This document shows, one piece after another, positions 63,844 to 64,000 of a DNA stretch of 64,000 nucleotides. The translations under genes were made by a program, and so were the position numbers. The stretch is taken from positions 12,396 through 76,395 of the IMG/VR virus record IMGVR_UViG_3300029305_001557; one strand, given 5' to 3'. How positions within the stretch are numbered: position 1 is the stretch's first letter; each line of letters starts with the position of its first letter. This stretch comes from a virus. Lineage: Duplodnaviria > Caudoviricetes. The notes under the pieces were generated by a model. The model made no database searches, was not told where the DNA came from, and was given only the letters and a program-made list of their open reading frames with translations.

Positions 63844-64000
63844 CATACAGGACGCTTACAGCGTCTACAGGGGCATACAGGACGCTTACAGCGTCTACAG
63901 GGGCATACAGGACGCTTACAGCGTCTACAGGGGCATACAGGACGCTTACAGCGTCTACAGGGGCATACAGGACGCTTACAGCGTCTACAGGGGCATACAG
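63844..64000. repeat. perfect 30-bp tandem array (at least 5.2 copies, runs off the window)
   Basis: Unit CATACAGGACGCTTACAGCGTCTACAGGGG. Confidence 0.95.

Noticed and set aside
63844-64000. CRISPR array
   Set aside because: Repeats are contiguous, with no unique spacers; the Cas4-like nuclease at 4374 is a typical phage exonuclease.
1-64000. Integrase/repressor lysogeny module or stop-codon recoding
   Set aside because: No integrase seen in the window; long genes are intact in the standard code and there is no suppressor tRNA.

Overview
A 64-kb segment of a lytic-looking, contractile-tailed (myovirus-type) phage of a Firmicutes/Clostridia-like host. Essentially every real gene is on the minus strand; the plus-strand ORFs in the track are shadows. 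Transcription runs right to left through: (i) a terminal-looking 30-bp tandem array and early small genes, with three type II hammerhead ribozymes filling intergenic spacers; (ii) a non-coding, origin-like region; (iii) an RNA cluster with five canonical tRNAs, one anticodon-less tRNA-like gene, three Y-RNA-like (YrlA-like) RNAs that each carry a different anticodon-like loop, and two unassigned structured RNAs, all directly upstream of a Ro60/TROVE gene; (iv) DNA ligase, terminase, portal, scaffold, capsid and an eCIS-like sheath/tube/baseplate tail; (v) a tail fibre diversified by a compact diversity-generating retroelement (VR-TR-RT; 18/18 mismatches at TR adenines) with no avd gene visible; (vi) lysis genes; (vii) replication/recombination genes (SF2 helicase, DnaC-like loader, DnaB, primase, SSB, HU, PolA, RecA, nucleases); and (viii) nucleotide and auxiliary genes (dNTP diphosphohydrolase, ThyX, S26 peptidase, SpoVS, QueD, and QueE running off the left edge). 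The strongest novelty candidates are the Ro60 plus anticodon-displaying Y-RNA/tRNA-mimic cluster, the hammerhead-punctuated early operon, the avd-less DGR with a hairpin inserted in its spacer, and shared A-x-A leader peptides on head proteins in a phage encoding an S26 peptidase. No database searches were run; family calls rest on recognised motifs.
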